Below, in pieces: positions 12,352 through 23,449 of a DNA stretch of 64,000 nucleotides. The notes below the pieces were generated by a model. That model worked only from the letters and a program-made list of their open reading frames with translations, was not told the origin of the DNA and did not search any database. Source of the DNA: Dendrobates tinctorius (taxonomy: Eukaryota); contig NW_027361819.1 in assembly GCF_039654945.1 (NCBI RefSeq), positions 1,674,001-1,738,000 on the forward strand. The letters are read 5' to 3'. The translations under genes were made by a program, and so were the position numbers. How positions within the stretch are numbered: position 1 is the first letter of the stretch; the number at the start of each line of letters is the position of its first letter.

Positions 12352-12461
12352 TGGACATTCCTTTAAGGTTCAGCTTTGCAACCATACTGCCCACGTAAAA
12401 CAAACACTTTGCCATTATGAACGCTGTTTGGAGGGTCATGACTCGTGGGAATAACGCCGCC
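11991..12461 (-). pseudogene. Diverged 18S rRNA gene fragment (3' half) captured in the hAT element
   Basis: Colinear matches to the reverse complement of vertebrate 18S: CACTTACTGGGAA, CAGTGTAGCGC..GCAGCC.CGGACAT.TAAGGGCAT, GAGTCTCGTTCGTTA.CGGAATTAA, CCCGTGTTGAGTCAAATTA.GCCG.AGGCTCCACTCCTGGTGGTGCCCTTC, CAGCTTTGCAACCATACT, GGGAATAACGCCGCC. Confidence 0.88.
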
Positions 12462-12567
12462 CAATCAGTTAACCTGCTAGAGAGATCCTTCGTTGCTCCC
12501 AAGCATGACATCACACTCCCTAGGAGGAAGGTAATGCCACTGTGGCGACCGTACTGGGGGCGACACA

Positions 12568-12855
12568 AGTGCACTGATGCCCAGCCACTGCTCGATGAAT
12601 CTGCTGGTACATTGACCCAGACCACTACATTCCCCTCGCACGCTACACGGCCTGAATCTGACCCTGATTAAACTCAGGTTACCCTTCCAATATACAGTTC
12701 CATCTTACACGGTGACAAAGAGGAAGCTGCAGATGAAAGTGCAGGTTCAGCCCACCCGCCATCAGACACACCACCGTACTATCAGGGGCCCTGTGCCAGT
12801 GCCGTCGCCAACGAGTGGGCCCCCCCTGCTTGCTCAGGATCACAGCACTTGCAAG
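12568..12855 (+). repeat. hAT-internal diverged duplicate of transposase segment ~8042-8215 joined to a duplicate of ~11325-11432
   Basis: CTDAQPLLDESAGT..TT here versus CTDAQPLIDDSAGT..ST in the transposase. CCGCCATCAGACACACCACCGTACTAT matches ~11335. Confidence 0.8.
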
Positions 12856-13316
12856 GTTGAAATACTGTGCAGTGAGATGGAAGATGGGGACGTCGAGGAG
12901 TCCAGACTAGTACAGGGATTCCCTAGCGAGGAGACTTATTTGATTGTTTTCAATGTTGGGACAGCAATTTTTGGGGAGCACTATACTCTGGAGAATGATA
13001 GATGGGGCCCACCATACACTGGAACATTCCAAAGGTGGACATCAGACACTGGAGCAGCATTTACAGGGCCCATTATACACTAGAGCATTAGAAATGGGGC
13101 CCATTATGTTTGGAGCATTATTTGGGCCCATAAGACAGTGGAGCTTCATCCATGGGGACCAACATATACTGTAGCATTATGTGGAGCGCATCATATACTG
13201 TTTCAAACATTATATGGGACCAATGATTCTGTATGGAGAAATAGATGGGCCTCGTCATGAGATGTAAAAAGTGAAGTATTTTTCATTGTACTATACCGCT
13301 ATTTCTCTGCCGTATC

Positions 13317-15511
13317 ATAGAATCATAGAATCATAGAATCGTAGAGTTGGAAGGGACCTCCTGGGCCATCTGGTCCAACCCCCTGCTCAAAGCAGGATTC
13401 GCTAAATCATCCCAGTCAGATGTCTGTCCAGCCTCTGTTTGAAGACTTCCATTGAAGGAGAACTCACCACTTCTCGTGGCAGCCTGTTCCACTCATTGAT
13501 CACTCTAACTGTCAAAAAGTTTTTTCTAATATCTAATCTGTGTCTCCTCCCATTCAGTTTCATCCCATTGCTTCTAGTCTTTCCTTGTGCAAATGAGAAT
13601 AAAGTTGATCCTTCTACAATGTGACAGCCCTTTAGATATTTGTAGACAGCTATTAAGTCTCCTCTCTGTCTTCTCTTTTGCAAACTAAACATTCCCAAAT
13701 CCTGCAACCTTTCCTCATAAGACAGGGTTTGCAGACCGGTCACCATTCTGGTCGCTCTTTTCTGAACTTGCTCCAGTTTGTTGATGTCTTTTTTAAAATG
13801 TGGTGCCCAAAACTGGACACAATATTCCAGATGAGGTCTGACCAAAGAGGAGTAGAGGGAAATAATGACTTCACGTGATCTAGACTGTATGCTTCTGTTA
13901 ATACATCCTAGAATTGCATTTGCCTTTTTTGCTGCTGCATCACACTGTTGACTCATATTCAGTCTGTGATCTATTAGTATACCCAAGTCTTTTTCACATG
14001 TGCTGTCACTTAGCCCTATTCCTCCCATTCTATATATGCTTTTTCCATTTTTATTGCCCAGATGTAGTACTTTGCATTTCTCCCTGTTAAAAACCATTCT
14101 GTTAGTTGCTGCCCACTTCTCCAGTTTATTTAAATCTTTTTGAATCCTCTCTCTCTCTTCTCTAGTATTAGCTATCCCTCCTAGCTTTGTGTCATCAGCA
14201 AATTTAATCAGTTTACCCTCAATTCCTTCATCTAAATCGTTGATAAAGATGTTGAACAATACAGGGCCCAGGACAGAGCCCTGTGGTACCCCACTTGAGA
14301 CATTCTTCCAACTGGATAAGCAGCCATTTACGACCATTCTTTGGGTCCGATCACTAAGCCAGTTATGAATCCACCTAACAGTTGCCTTGTCCATTCCATA
14401 CTTAATCATTTTTTCAATAAGGATTGTATGAGAGACTTTGTCAAATGCTTTGCTGAAGTCAAGATATACTATATCTACAGCATTTCCTTGATCCACCCAA
14501 TCAGTGATACCGTCATAGAAGGAAATTAAGTTAGTCTGACATGACTTATTAGTTACAAACCCATGCTGACTCTGTTTAATCACTTCATTCTTATCCAGGT
14601 ATTGACATACATGTTGTTTAATAATTTGTTCAAAGATCTTTCCTGGTATAGAAGTCAGACTCACCGGCCTATAGTTACCTGGGTCCACCTTCTTCCCCTT
14701 TTTGAAGATAGGAACAACATTTGCGCTTCTCCAGTCTTCTGGCACTTCTCCTGTTCTCCAAGAATTTTCAAAGATTATAGAGAGGGGTTCAAAAATTTCT
14801 TCTGCTATCTCCTTCAGTACTCTGGGGTGTAATTCATCTGGACCTGGAGACTTGAATTCATTTAGGCTAGCTAAGTGTTTCCTCACTATCTTTCTGTTTA
14901 TAGATATCCTGGATTCTTCTATTCCCTTAATAGGACAGTGAATAACAGTTGATGTTACATTTCCTTTCTGAGAGAAAACAGATGCAAAATAGGAATTTAA
15001 AATTTCAGCCTTCTCAACATCCTGTCTTACCATTTCATCATTTTCATCCTGTAAAAATCCTATAGCATCTTTGACTTTTCTTTTACTTTTGACATATCCC
15101 CAAAATCCTTTATTATTGCTTTTGACATCTCTTGCAAGCCTCAATTCATTTTCAGCTTTAGATAATCTGATTTGTGCCCTGCAGGTTCTGCAGACAGCAT
15201 TATATTCTTCTTTAGATATGCCTCCCTCTTTCCATTTTATAAACATTTTTTTCTTCCTTTTTAGCATGTGCTTAAGTTCTGTGTTCATCCATCCTGGTTT
15301 CCTTAACTGCTTCCTATTCTTCCCTCTTTTCGGAATTGTTAACAACTGTGCTTTGAGAATTTCATTTTTCAAGATTTCCCATCCTTCCTGGACATTTTTG
15401 TCTTTAAGGATATCCAGCCATTGGATCCCTCCAATTCTCTTTCTGAATCCCTTAAAATCTGCCTTTCTGAAATCTAACCTTGACGTCTGAGTCTTCACAG
15501 GTCTTCCACAG
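13317..15511 (-). mobile_element. CR1 LINE, 5'-truncated
   Basis: (ATTCTATG)n 3' tail at 13317-13340. GTATC duplicated at 13312-13316 and 15512-15516. The empty site is visible in the second hAT copy at ~61190. Confidence 0.95.
13402..15510 (-). CDS. CR1 ORF2 reverse transcriptase, partial (no endonuclease domain or native start)
   Basis: Uninterrupted ~700 aa with KSPGPDELHP, NYRPVSLTS, YLDFSKAFD, GVPQGSVLGP and FADD. Confidence 0.9.
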   Translation of the reverse strand, partial: CGRPVKTQTSRLDFRKADFKGFRKRIGGIQWLDILKDKNVQEGWEILKNEILKAQLLTIPKRGKNRKQLRKPGWMNTELKHMLKRKKKMFIKWKEGGISKEEYNAVCRTCRAQIRLSKAENELRLARDVKSNNKGFWGYVKSKRKVKDAIGFLQDENDEMVRQDVEKAEILNSYFASVFSQKGNVTSTVIHCPIKGIEESRISINRKIVRKHLASLNEFKSPGPDELHPRVLKEIAEEIFEPLSIIFENSWRTGEVPEDWRSANVVPIFKKGKKVDPGNYRPVSLTSIPGKIFEQIIKQHVCQYLDKNEVIKQSQHGFVTNKSCQTNLISFYDGITDWVDQGNAVDIVYLDFSKAFDKVSHTILIEKMIKYGMDKATVRWIHNWLSDRTQRMVVNGCLSSWKNVSSGVPQGSVLGPVLFNIFINDLDEGIEGKLIKFADDTKLGGIANTREERERIQKDLNKLEKWAATNRMVFNREKCKVLHLGNKNGKSIYRMGGIGLSDSTCEKDLGILIDHRLNMSQQCDAAAKKANAILGCINRSIQSRSREVIISLYSSLVRPHLEYCVQFWAPHFKKDINKLEQVQKRATRMVTGLQTLSYEERLQDLGMFSLQKRRQRGDLIAVYKYLKGCHIVEGSTLFSFAQGKTRSNGMKLNGRRHRLDIRKNFLTVRVINEWNRLPREVVSSPSMEVFKQRLDRHLTGMI

Positions 15512-15904
15512 GTATCGGAGCATGATGAGTTGTGGTATGTGTTAAAGGGGCGCTCTTTCGCCCAGGGCACATGAAAACCTGGAGCCAGCCCTACCCCCCC
15601 ACAACTTTAGCCAAATAACCCCCATTTTTCAGTGCGTAACTTGTATTATGAAGTTAATTAAGGTTGACCAGCTTAAGTAAGAAGAATTGATGCTTTTGGC
15701 ATTCAAATGAGCACTGTAGGTGTGTTTCCTGTCCTCCTCTCACTGCCGACTTTTATTCCCCATTGACTTACATTGGGTTTCGTGTTTCGGGACGACCCCG
15801 ACTTTTCCCTATAATCGGCCGATCTTGCTCGACCCGACTTTTGGAAAAGTCGGGTTTCACGAAACGAAACTCGACCATAAAAAAACAAATGTCGCTCAAC
15901 TCTA

Positions 15905-16930
15905 CCGACCGATGTGGGGGAACTGAGAACCCAGATGTTTAGACGCATGCAGAAAGAGGGGGAAACAGTGACCCAGTATATGAATGTTTTGCAGGAACTG
16001 TTTTTAGCCATTGAAAGGAAGGATGGAGTCGGCGTGGGGACCGTGGACATAACATTACGTGACCTGTTAGTGACCGGGTTACGAGACACCCTGACAAGAC
16101 AGGTTTTGCGAGAGCGGGTGCGAGTGGATCCACATCTGACCTTTTCAGAGATAGGGAAGGAGGCACGGGTTCGGGAGGAGGAGCAAGAGGTGACGGTTCC
16201 CGTGGGGATGGCTCGGAGTATCAAAGCATCCATAAGCGCCCTGAGCGAACCCCACTGCGTACAAGAGGTGAAGCAAGAGATACAGAGTATTAAGGGTGAA
16301 CTGGCCGAAGCCAAGAAAGCGGCCACAAAGAGTCGGCCAGGTACAGGTAAAGTACAGCACCGCCGGCGGCCATCACTGTCCCGCTCCGGTTCGCAGCAGA
16401 GGCCGGGCCTCCGCTGACCGCGGACCCCCCGTCGCAGCCGTTAGCTGCGCAGGTGGCCTGCCCTTCGCCACCACACATCGCTGCCGCTTGTCCCAGGCCA
16501 GGGGCTGCGGCCCAACCGTCCAAAGACCCCGCCAGAGCCTGTGGGACTCCAGTGTCATCAGCGCACTGGAGTGCGCGAAGACTTTGACATCGTCTCAGCA
16601 ACTGCGCCCAGCAACTACTACGCTGAAATACCACTAACCCGAATGGCGAGGGACATCTGGACGGCTAAGTTGACTTTATAATTAAGGAGCCGTAGTCGGC
16701 CATACCGCAGCCCTATAGTCACCGGCTGTTGCCGGAAGTAGTCGTGTTCTACTGTTTTGTATGTGCCTGTATAGAGCCCCTGCGAGGGCAACCCTTGTTA
16801 CCCCTGTTTTTTTGGTGATCAGGCCGGGACTGAGGAAAGTTCCCTCTGGCCCTATAAACGTTAATACAGAAAGCACCTACTTGTCTCGCGACTCGTCACT
16901 GCATCCTGCGCACCTGCGAATACCACATAG
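15905..16930 (+). pseudogene. 3' remainder of the interrupted gag ORF and degenerate LTR-element sequence
   Basis: ORF 15914-16417 (QKEGETVTQY...LRDLLVTGLRD). The end of the element is approximate. Confidence 0.65.
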
Positions 16931-18656
16931 CGGCCTGAACTCAGCGCATGTAAATACAGCATAAATATTTCTTTGTGATAGTACACCATGTGAGCATTTG
17001 GGGTCCCACTTTAAACTTTTGCCCAGAGCCCTACTTTGTCTAAAAGCGGCCCTACCTATGCCCACAATTAGGGTGCCCCACCATAGTTTTAATCAGGGTT
17101 ATTTAGTTAGGGGCCCAGTCAGATGTTTTGTCCTCACTGAGCTAAACCCCTAGCCATGTCTCTGCTCAGAAGAGAACACTTTTCTGCACACCTAAAAAGA
17201 CAGACACCGACAGATCACAGGCCAGACGGCATCCACAGTGCCTCCTTCTGCCTCATTATAGGGAATCTTCTGCCAGGGGTTCTCAATGAATCATATATTT
17301 CATAGATTTACACGGAAACCCTGGTGTAAGTCCTCAATGCAGAGCGCAGGATAAATGTGCACCGAGCCTTACTGCGATCTTTAGGAGGCAGAATGAAAAA
17401 ATTAACAGCAGGTGAAGAGTTGGTTTTATTTAATTTTACGCCATTCCTCGTGCAGTATAAGTGATTAGATAACTTTCTTCTTTGGGTCAGTATGATTACA
17501 GCAATACTAAATTTATATAGCTTTTTTTATGTTTTGGTGCTTTTATACATTAAAAACAATTTTATATGAAAAATTTTTTGCATTGCTTTATTCTGAGAGC
17601 TATAACTTTTTTACGTTTTAGCTAACAGCTATATGGCAGCTTGTTTTTTTGAGGGACAAAACTATGTTTTCAGCTATACCATTTCAATTTCCTTTCAACT
17701 TTTTTATCGTGTTTTATTCCACTTTTAGTTTCACAGTATGATGATAAAAAAGGGACAAATAAATGATGCTTTATTTTTTTTTTTCGGTATTCACGGCACG
17801 GAAAGGATTAAACAGTAGGGCAGTTTTATAGGTTGGGTCGTTATGGACGTGGCAATACAACATTTTTTTTTTTATAAATATTGTATGTGCATTTATTGGT
17901 AGAATTTTTTTTTTTTTTCGTTTTTTTGGTTATTTTGTGATCTTGTTTTTTCAAATATTTTTACAATTATTTTTACTTTTTTACTTGGTTCCTCTATAGG
18001 ACATTTTTTTACTCTGATCACTGGTATAACACACTGCAATGCATTATACCTGTCAATGCTGCACAGACAGAAGCCACTTAGACCATGCTCCTAGCATGGC
18101 CTAACAGGCTTGCTATAGCTGGCTGAACTGGAGGTCGTGGCAACGATTGGGCCCTGGTGATGACATCATGGGGGTGTCTGTCAAAAGGAAGATGGAGTCA
18201 CCTTCCTTTCCCAGCCTTCTAAGTGCGGGCAACGCTCCTGGCAATGACAGCCAGGTTCCGCTTTAACTTAAAGAAGTTGTCCTTTACTTGGGCAACACTT
18301 GTCATCCCCCATGCTTGGCCCTGATAAAATAAAGCCTACACTCCCCTCTCGTGCCGGCGCTGTTCCCGTGGTGTCGGCACTCGTTCTCCTGGAATCTCCC
18401 ATGCTGTTGTTGTTATTGCAAAAAAAGGGGGAGACAAAAAAGCGCAAGAGGGTCTTATCCACGTTACAAAAGACAGTATATCATGAAATATGCTCACCTG
18501 GTTAGGATGAGATAAGAGCGTGTAGGTAGCGGCTGCTGCAGATCCACAGGTCTTCAGTGACCAAAGAAATGATGAATCCAAAGGGAGTTTGTAGCTATAT
18601 TCCGCGCTGCCGCTTTAGACAAATTCCAGGAGAATGCTGTATGATTGCAGTGGTTT

Positions 18657-18701
18657 TATTCTACGCGTTTCAGGGGTCTCATGAACCCTTCATCAGGAAA
18701 T
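18657..18701 (-). ncRNA. Minimal type I hammerhead ribozyme
   Basis: Reverse complement of the + strand copy at 18708-18752. Confidence 0.7.
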
Positions 18702-18707
18702 GGTGGT

Positions 18708-18752
18708 ATTTCCTGATGAAGGGTTCATGAGACCCCTGAAACGCGTAGAATA
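18708..18752 (+). ncRNA. Minimal type I hammerhead ribozyme (Penelope-type)
   Basis: TTC-CTGATGA-[AGGGTTC ATGA GACCCCT]-GAAA-CGCG-TA-GAA: intact core, stem II, palindromic ACGCGT stem III and a GUA cleavage triplet. Confidence 0.72.
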
Positions 18753-19559
18753 AAACCACTGCAATCATACAGCATTCTCCTGGAATTTGTCTAAAGCGGC
18801 AGCGCGGAATATAGCTACAAACTCCCTTTGGATTCATGCTGTTGTGACACGTGGCCCAGGCACCCAATTCGTGCTGGCGTTACTGTCCCCGCCTCCTGTC
18901 GAATTGAACATGAAGTCAGAGATCAGCTACAGCCCGGACTTCTTCATCATGCTCAATTTGCCCGGAGGCAGAGACAGTGATGCCTGCGCTGATTGGGCAC
19001 CAAGCTAACTTGTCACAAGATTGATAGTCCCAGGACCATGAGTGCCGACACCACTGGAAATGCATCGGCATGGTAGGTGAGTATAGGCTTTTTATTTTAT
19101 CGGGGAATAAAAAATTTTGTTCAGTAAAGGGTTGTCCTTGTAGTGGACAACCTCTTTAACCCCTTCACTACCAAGGGTGGTTTGCACGTTAACTCCCGGG
19201 CCAATTTTTACAATTCTGACCACTGTACCTTTCTGACATTGTTTTCTCATGACATATTGTACTTCATGTTAGTGGTAAAATTGCATTCAAATAACTTGTG
19301 TTTATTTGTGAAAAAAACGGAAATTTGGCGAAAATTTTGAAAATTTCGCAATTTTCCAACTTTGAATTTTTATGCCCTTAAATCACAGCGATACAGCACA
19401 CAAAAAACTTAATACATAACATTTCCCACATGTTTACTTTACATCAGCACAATTTTGGAACCAAAATTTTTTTTGTTAGGAAGTTATAAGGGTTAAAAAT
19501 TGACCAGCGATTTCTCATTTTTGCAACACCATTTTATTTTTAGGGACCACATCACATTT

Positions 19560-21150
19560 GAAGCCACTTTGAGGGGTCTATATGATAGAAAATACCCAAA
19601 AGTGACACCATTCTAAAAACTGCACCCCTTAAGGTGCTTAAAACCACATTCAAGAAGTTTATTAACCCTTTAGGTGCGTCACAGGAATTTTTTGAATATT
19701 AAAAAAAAATGAACATTTAACTTTTTTTCACAAAAAAAATACTTCAGGTTCAATTTTCTTTATTTTACCAAGGGTAACAGGAGAAATTGGACTGCAAAAG
19801 TTATTGTGCAATTTGTCCTGAGTACGCTGATACCTGATATGTGGGGGGGAACCACTGTTTCGGCGCATGGCAGACCTCAGTAGGGAAGGAGCGCCGTTTG
19901 ACTTTTTCAATGCAAAATTGGCTGGAATTCAGATCGGACGCCATGTCGCGTTTGGAGAGCCCCTGATGTACCTAAACAGTGGAAACCCCCCCAAGTGACA
20001 CCATTTTGGAAACTAGACCCCCCAAGGAACTTATCTAGATATGTGGTGAGAACTTTGAACCCACAAGGGCTTCACAGAAGTTTATAACGTACAGCGGTAC
20101 AATTAAAAAATCATATTTTTTCCACAAAAATGATCTTTTCACCCCCAATTTTTATTTTTCCAAGGGTAACAGGACCCTAAAAGTTATTGTGCAATTTATC
20201 CTGAGTGCGCTGATACCCCACATGTGGGTGTAAACCACTATTTGGGCGCATGGCAGAGCTCGGAAGGGAAGCAGCGCCATTTGACGTTTTATGGCTGGAA
20301 TTGAGATCGGACACCATGTCGCGTTAGGAAAGCCCCTGATGTACCAAAACAGTAGAAACCCCCCACAATTTACACCATTTTGGAAACTAGACCCTCCAAG
20401 GAACTTATCTAGATGTGTGGTGAGCACTTTGAACCCCCCCCAGTGCTTCACTGAAGTTTATAACGTCCGGGCGTGAAAATAAAAAAATCGTATTTTTTCC
20501 ACAAACATGATCAATTAGTCTCCAATTTTTTTATTCTCCCAAGGGTAACAGGAGAAATTGGACCCCAAAAGTTGTTGTCCAATTTGTCCTGAGTACACTG
20601 ATACCTCATATGTGGGAGAAAACTACTGTATGGACACACGTCGGGGCTCGGAAGGGAAGTAGTGACGTTTTGGAATGCAGACTTTGATGGATTGGTCTGC
20701 GGGTGTCATGTGCGTTTGGAGAGCCCCTGATGTACCTAAACTATTGAAACTCCCCACAAGTGACCTCATTTTGGAAACTAGACCCCCCACGGAACTTATC
20801 TAGATGTGTGGAGAGCACTTTGAACCCCCAAGTGCTTCACAGAAGTTTATAACACCTGGGCGTGAAAATAAAAAAAACATTTTTTTCCGCAAAATTATAT
20901 TTTTGCCCCCAATTTTTTATTTTCCTAAGGGTAACAGGAGAAATTGGACCCCAAAAGTTGTTTTGTAATTTGTCCTGAGTAGGCTGATACCCCATATGTG
21001 GGGGTAAAACACTGTTTGGGCGCATGGCAGAGCTTGGAAGGGAAGGAGCACCATTTGACTTTTTCAACGCAGAATTGGCTGGAGTTGAGATCAGACGCCA
21101 TGTTGCCTTTGGAGAGCACCTGATGTGCCCAAACAGTGGAAACCCCCCAA
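19560..21150 (+). repeat. Internal tandem repeat, ~385 bp x ~4
   Basis: AAGGGTAACAGGA recurs at ~19770, 20162, 20541 and 20927. Confidence 0.85.
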
Positions 21151-21159
21151 TTATAACTC

Positions 21160-21263
21160 CAACCCTAACCGCAACACACCCCTAACCCTAATCTGAGCCC
21201 TAGCCCTAACCCTTACCCTAGCCCTAGCCCTAACCCTAGCCCTAACCCTAGCCCTAACCCTAG
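21160..21263. repeat. Telomere-like (CCCTAA/CCCTAG)n tract
   Basis: Read directly. Confidence 0.85.
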
Positions 21264-22080
21264 CGGGAAAATGGAAATAAATACATTTTCTTTTAGTTTT
21301 ATTATTTTTCCCTAACTAAGGGGGTGATAACGGGGGGTTTGATTTACTATTTATGGCGGTTTTTATGTTTGGCAGCTGTCAGACGCTAAAAGACGCTTTT
21401 TATTGTAAAAATAGTTTTTGCATCACCACATATTGTGAGCTATAATTTTTCCGTATTTTGACCCACTGAGTCATGTGAGGTCTTATTTTTTGCGGGACGA
21501 GTTGACGTTTTTATTGGTACCATTTTCGGGCACGTGACATGTTTTGATCGCTTTTTATTCCAATTTTTGGGACGCAGAATGAACAAAAGCCAGCGTTTCA
21601 TGAATTTCTTTTGGGGGGGTGCGTTTACACCGTTCCGCATGCGGTAAAATTGATAAAGCGGTTTTATTCTTCGGGTTAGTACGGTTACAGCGATACCTCA
21701 TTTAGGTCGTTTTTTTATGTTTTGTCGGTTTTTTGCAATGAAAACAATTTTATATAAAAAATAATTATTTTTGTATCGCTTTATTCTGTGAGCTATAACT
21801 TTTTTATTTTTTTGCGGATGATGCTGTATGGCGGCTCGTTTTTTGCGGGACAAGATGACGCTTTCAGCGGTACCATGTATATTTATATGCGTCTTTTTGA
21901 TCGCGCGTTATTGCACTTTTTGTTCGGTGGTATGATAATAAATCATTATTTTTTTATTTTTATTTTTTAAGGGGTTCGCTAAAGGGGTTAACTAATGGGA
22001 CAGTTTTATAGGGCGGGTCGCTACGGACGCGGCGATACCAAATATGTGTACTTTTATTTTTGTTTTTTTTTATTTTGAAA

Positions 22081-22208
22081 NNNNNNNNNNNNNNNNNNNN
22101 NNNNNNNNNNNNNNNNNNNNNNNNNNNNNNNNNNNNNNNNNNNNNNNNNNNNNNNNNNNNNNNNNNNNNNNNNNNNNNNNNNNNNNNNNNNNNNNNNNNN
22201 NNNNNNNN
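22081..22208. other. Assembly gap
   Basis: Run of N. Confidence 1.
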
Positions 22209-23040
22209 GGACATCACTGTCCTGTGACAGATCGCTGATCTGTCACATCACAGATCACTGTGACAGATCAGCAATCTGTCACAGGCACTGCTGCAGACTT
22301 CCTCATGCCTGCGCTTTGCAGGCAGTGAGGAAGTCAGCTCCCTGCAGGCCCCTGAAGGCCCCCGTCGCCATCTTGGATCCGGGGGCCTGTAGGGAAAGAG
22401 GCCCCCGCAGCAGCGCTGCACATTGCGCTGCCGTGGGGGGCTCAGGGAAGCACGGAGGGAGCCCCCTCCCTGCCGATGCTTCCCTTTAACCCCCCCGGTA
22501 CACCGCGATCGCGTTTGATCGCGGTGTACAAGGGGTTAACGTGTCGGGGGCGGTCCGTGACCACCCCTGACACATTGTGCCGGGTGTCAGCTGTGATAAT
22601 CAGCTGACACCCGGCCGCGATCAGCGGCGCTCGCCACTGATCGCTGGGACATAATATTCCGTCAATGGTAGTTAGGTCCAGGGTCACATGGACGGAATAT
22701 TACGTCCATTGTAGGTAAGGGGTTAAGCTGAGCTCCTGGTGGCAACCACGGGGGCACATCTCCTGTGTCTCCGCACAATTGCCATGACATCAAAGGGCGT
22801 GAAGGGGATAACTGTCCAAACTCCTGCCTGCTGTGCGTCTAAAGACGCTGCTGATCTGTGCAATTTTGGTGCGTTTTTTTTTTGACTAGCCTTAAAAAAA
22901 CATGGAACATACAGGGAAAAACTATAATTGAAAGATTTACACCTGTTCTGTGTTTTGGAGTTGCTGCTTGTTTTGGAACAGAAATACTGATAAAATGCTG
23001 ATCAAAAATACTAATGTGTGAATGAGGCCTAATATGATCA

Positions 23041-23092
23041 GGTGGAGTCACTACAACTCCTAATCCCACACCAGATCCTCATGGCTGATCAG
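23041..23092 (+). promoter_or_regulatory. Conserved upstream block of the TRIM paralogs (also ~35786, ~44086, ~50211)
   Basis: GGAGTCACTACAACTCCTAATCC.ACACCAGATCCTCATGGCTGATC lies ~130-185 nt before each ATG; in copy 1 a MITE displaces it. Function is not shown. Confidence 0.45.
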
Positions 23093-23095
23093 TAA

Positions 23096-23449
23096 GGGGA
23101 TGTGCAGACGATCAGTAATCGGCAGCGCTTTGGACGCAGCTCATGTCCGCTAACGGCTATAGAACGCAGGCGAATCCTCGTGTTCACTGAACCGTGCGGA
23201 ATCACCATATCCAATACATTGTACGGGTGAAATTTATCTTGCGGAGGCTCGCGTCTGCAAAATAAATAGATATGCTGCAGTCTGGAAAGACACACCGCAT
23301 GTCCATCTCTGCAGGTAGCCACAGGTATCGGTGCACGCTTAGCGGGCATAGGATTTCTTGAAATCCCATCCACTATGCTGTAACATCTGGGCGATGCGGA
23401 TGTACGCAGTGTCTAACCCGCAGCGTTTACTGACCGTGTGCCCCTACCC
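23096..23449. mobile_element. Harbinger-type MITE in the TRIM copy 1 upstream region
   Basis: TAA TSD and imperfect TIRs. Absent at the homologous site of the other three paralogs. Confidence 0.75.

Larger units (their letters stand above)
447..15904 (+). mobile_element. hAT DNA transposon, full length, with nested insertions
   Basis: TIR TAGAGTTGAGCGA at 447-459 and its reverse complement at 15892-15904. Perfect 8-bp TSD CCGACCGA at 439-446 and 15905-15912. Contains a hAT transposase. Confidence 0.95.
18411..18834. mobile_element. Penelope-like/retrozyme-type short insertion with an inverted terminal duplication
   Basis: Flanked by the direct repeat CATGCTGTTGT (18400-18410 and 18835-18845). 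Contains the palindrome 18572-18837 with hammerhead cores. Confidence 0.7.
18272..19155. mobile_element. TTAA-flanked Kolobok/T2-type MITE carrying a Penelope-derived insert
   Basis: TTAA-AGAAGTTGTCC ... GGACAACCTCT-TTAA. Confidence 0.6.
19160..22722. mobile_element. piggyBac-like non-autonomous element(s)
   Basis: TTAA-CCCCTT ... AAGGGG-TTAA ends and no transposase. It spans an N gap, so the two ends may belong to different copies. Confidence 0.55.

Noticed and set aside
11991-12461. Functional rRNA gene
   Set aside because: Partial, deleted, and substituted at universally conserved positions; no ITS, 5.8S or 28S nearby.
15511-15570. N-terminus of the 722-aa ORF as a real hAT-CR1 fusion gene
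   Set aside because: It begins at GTG in flanking hAT sequence; this is chance read-through into a truncated LINE.
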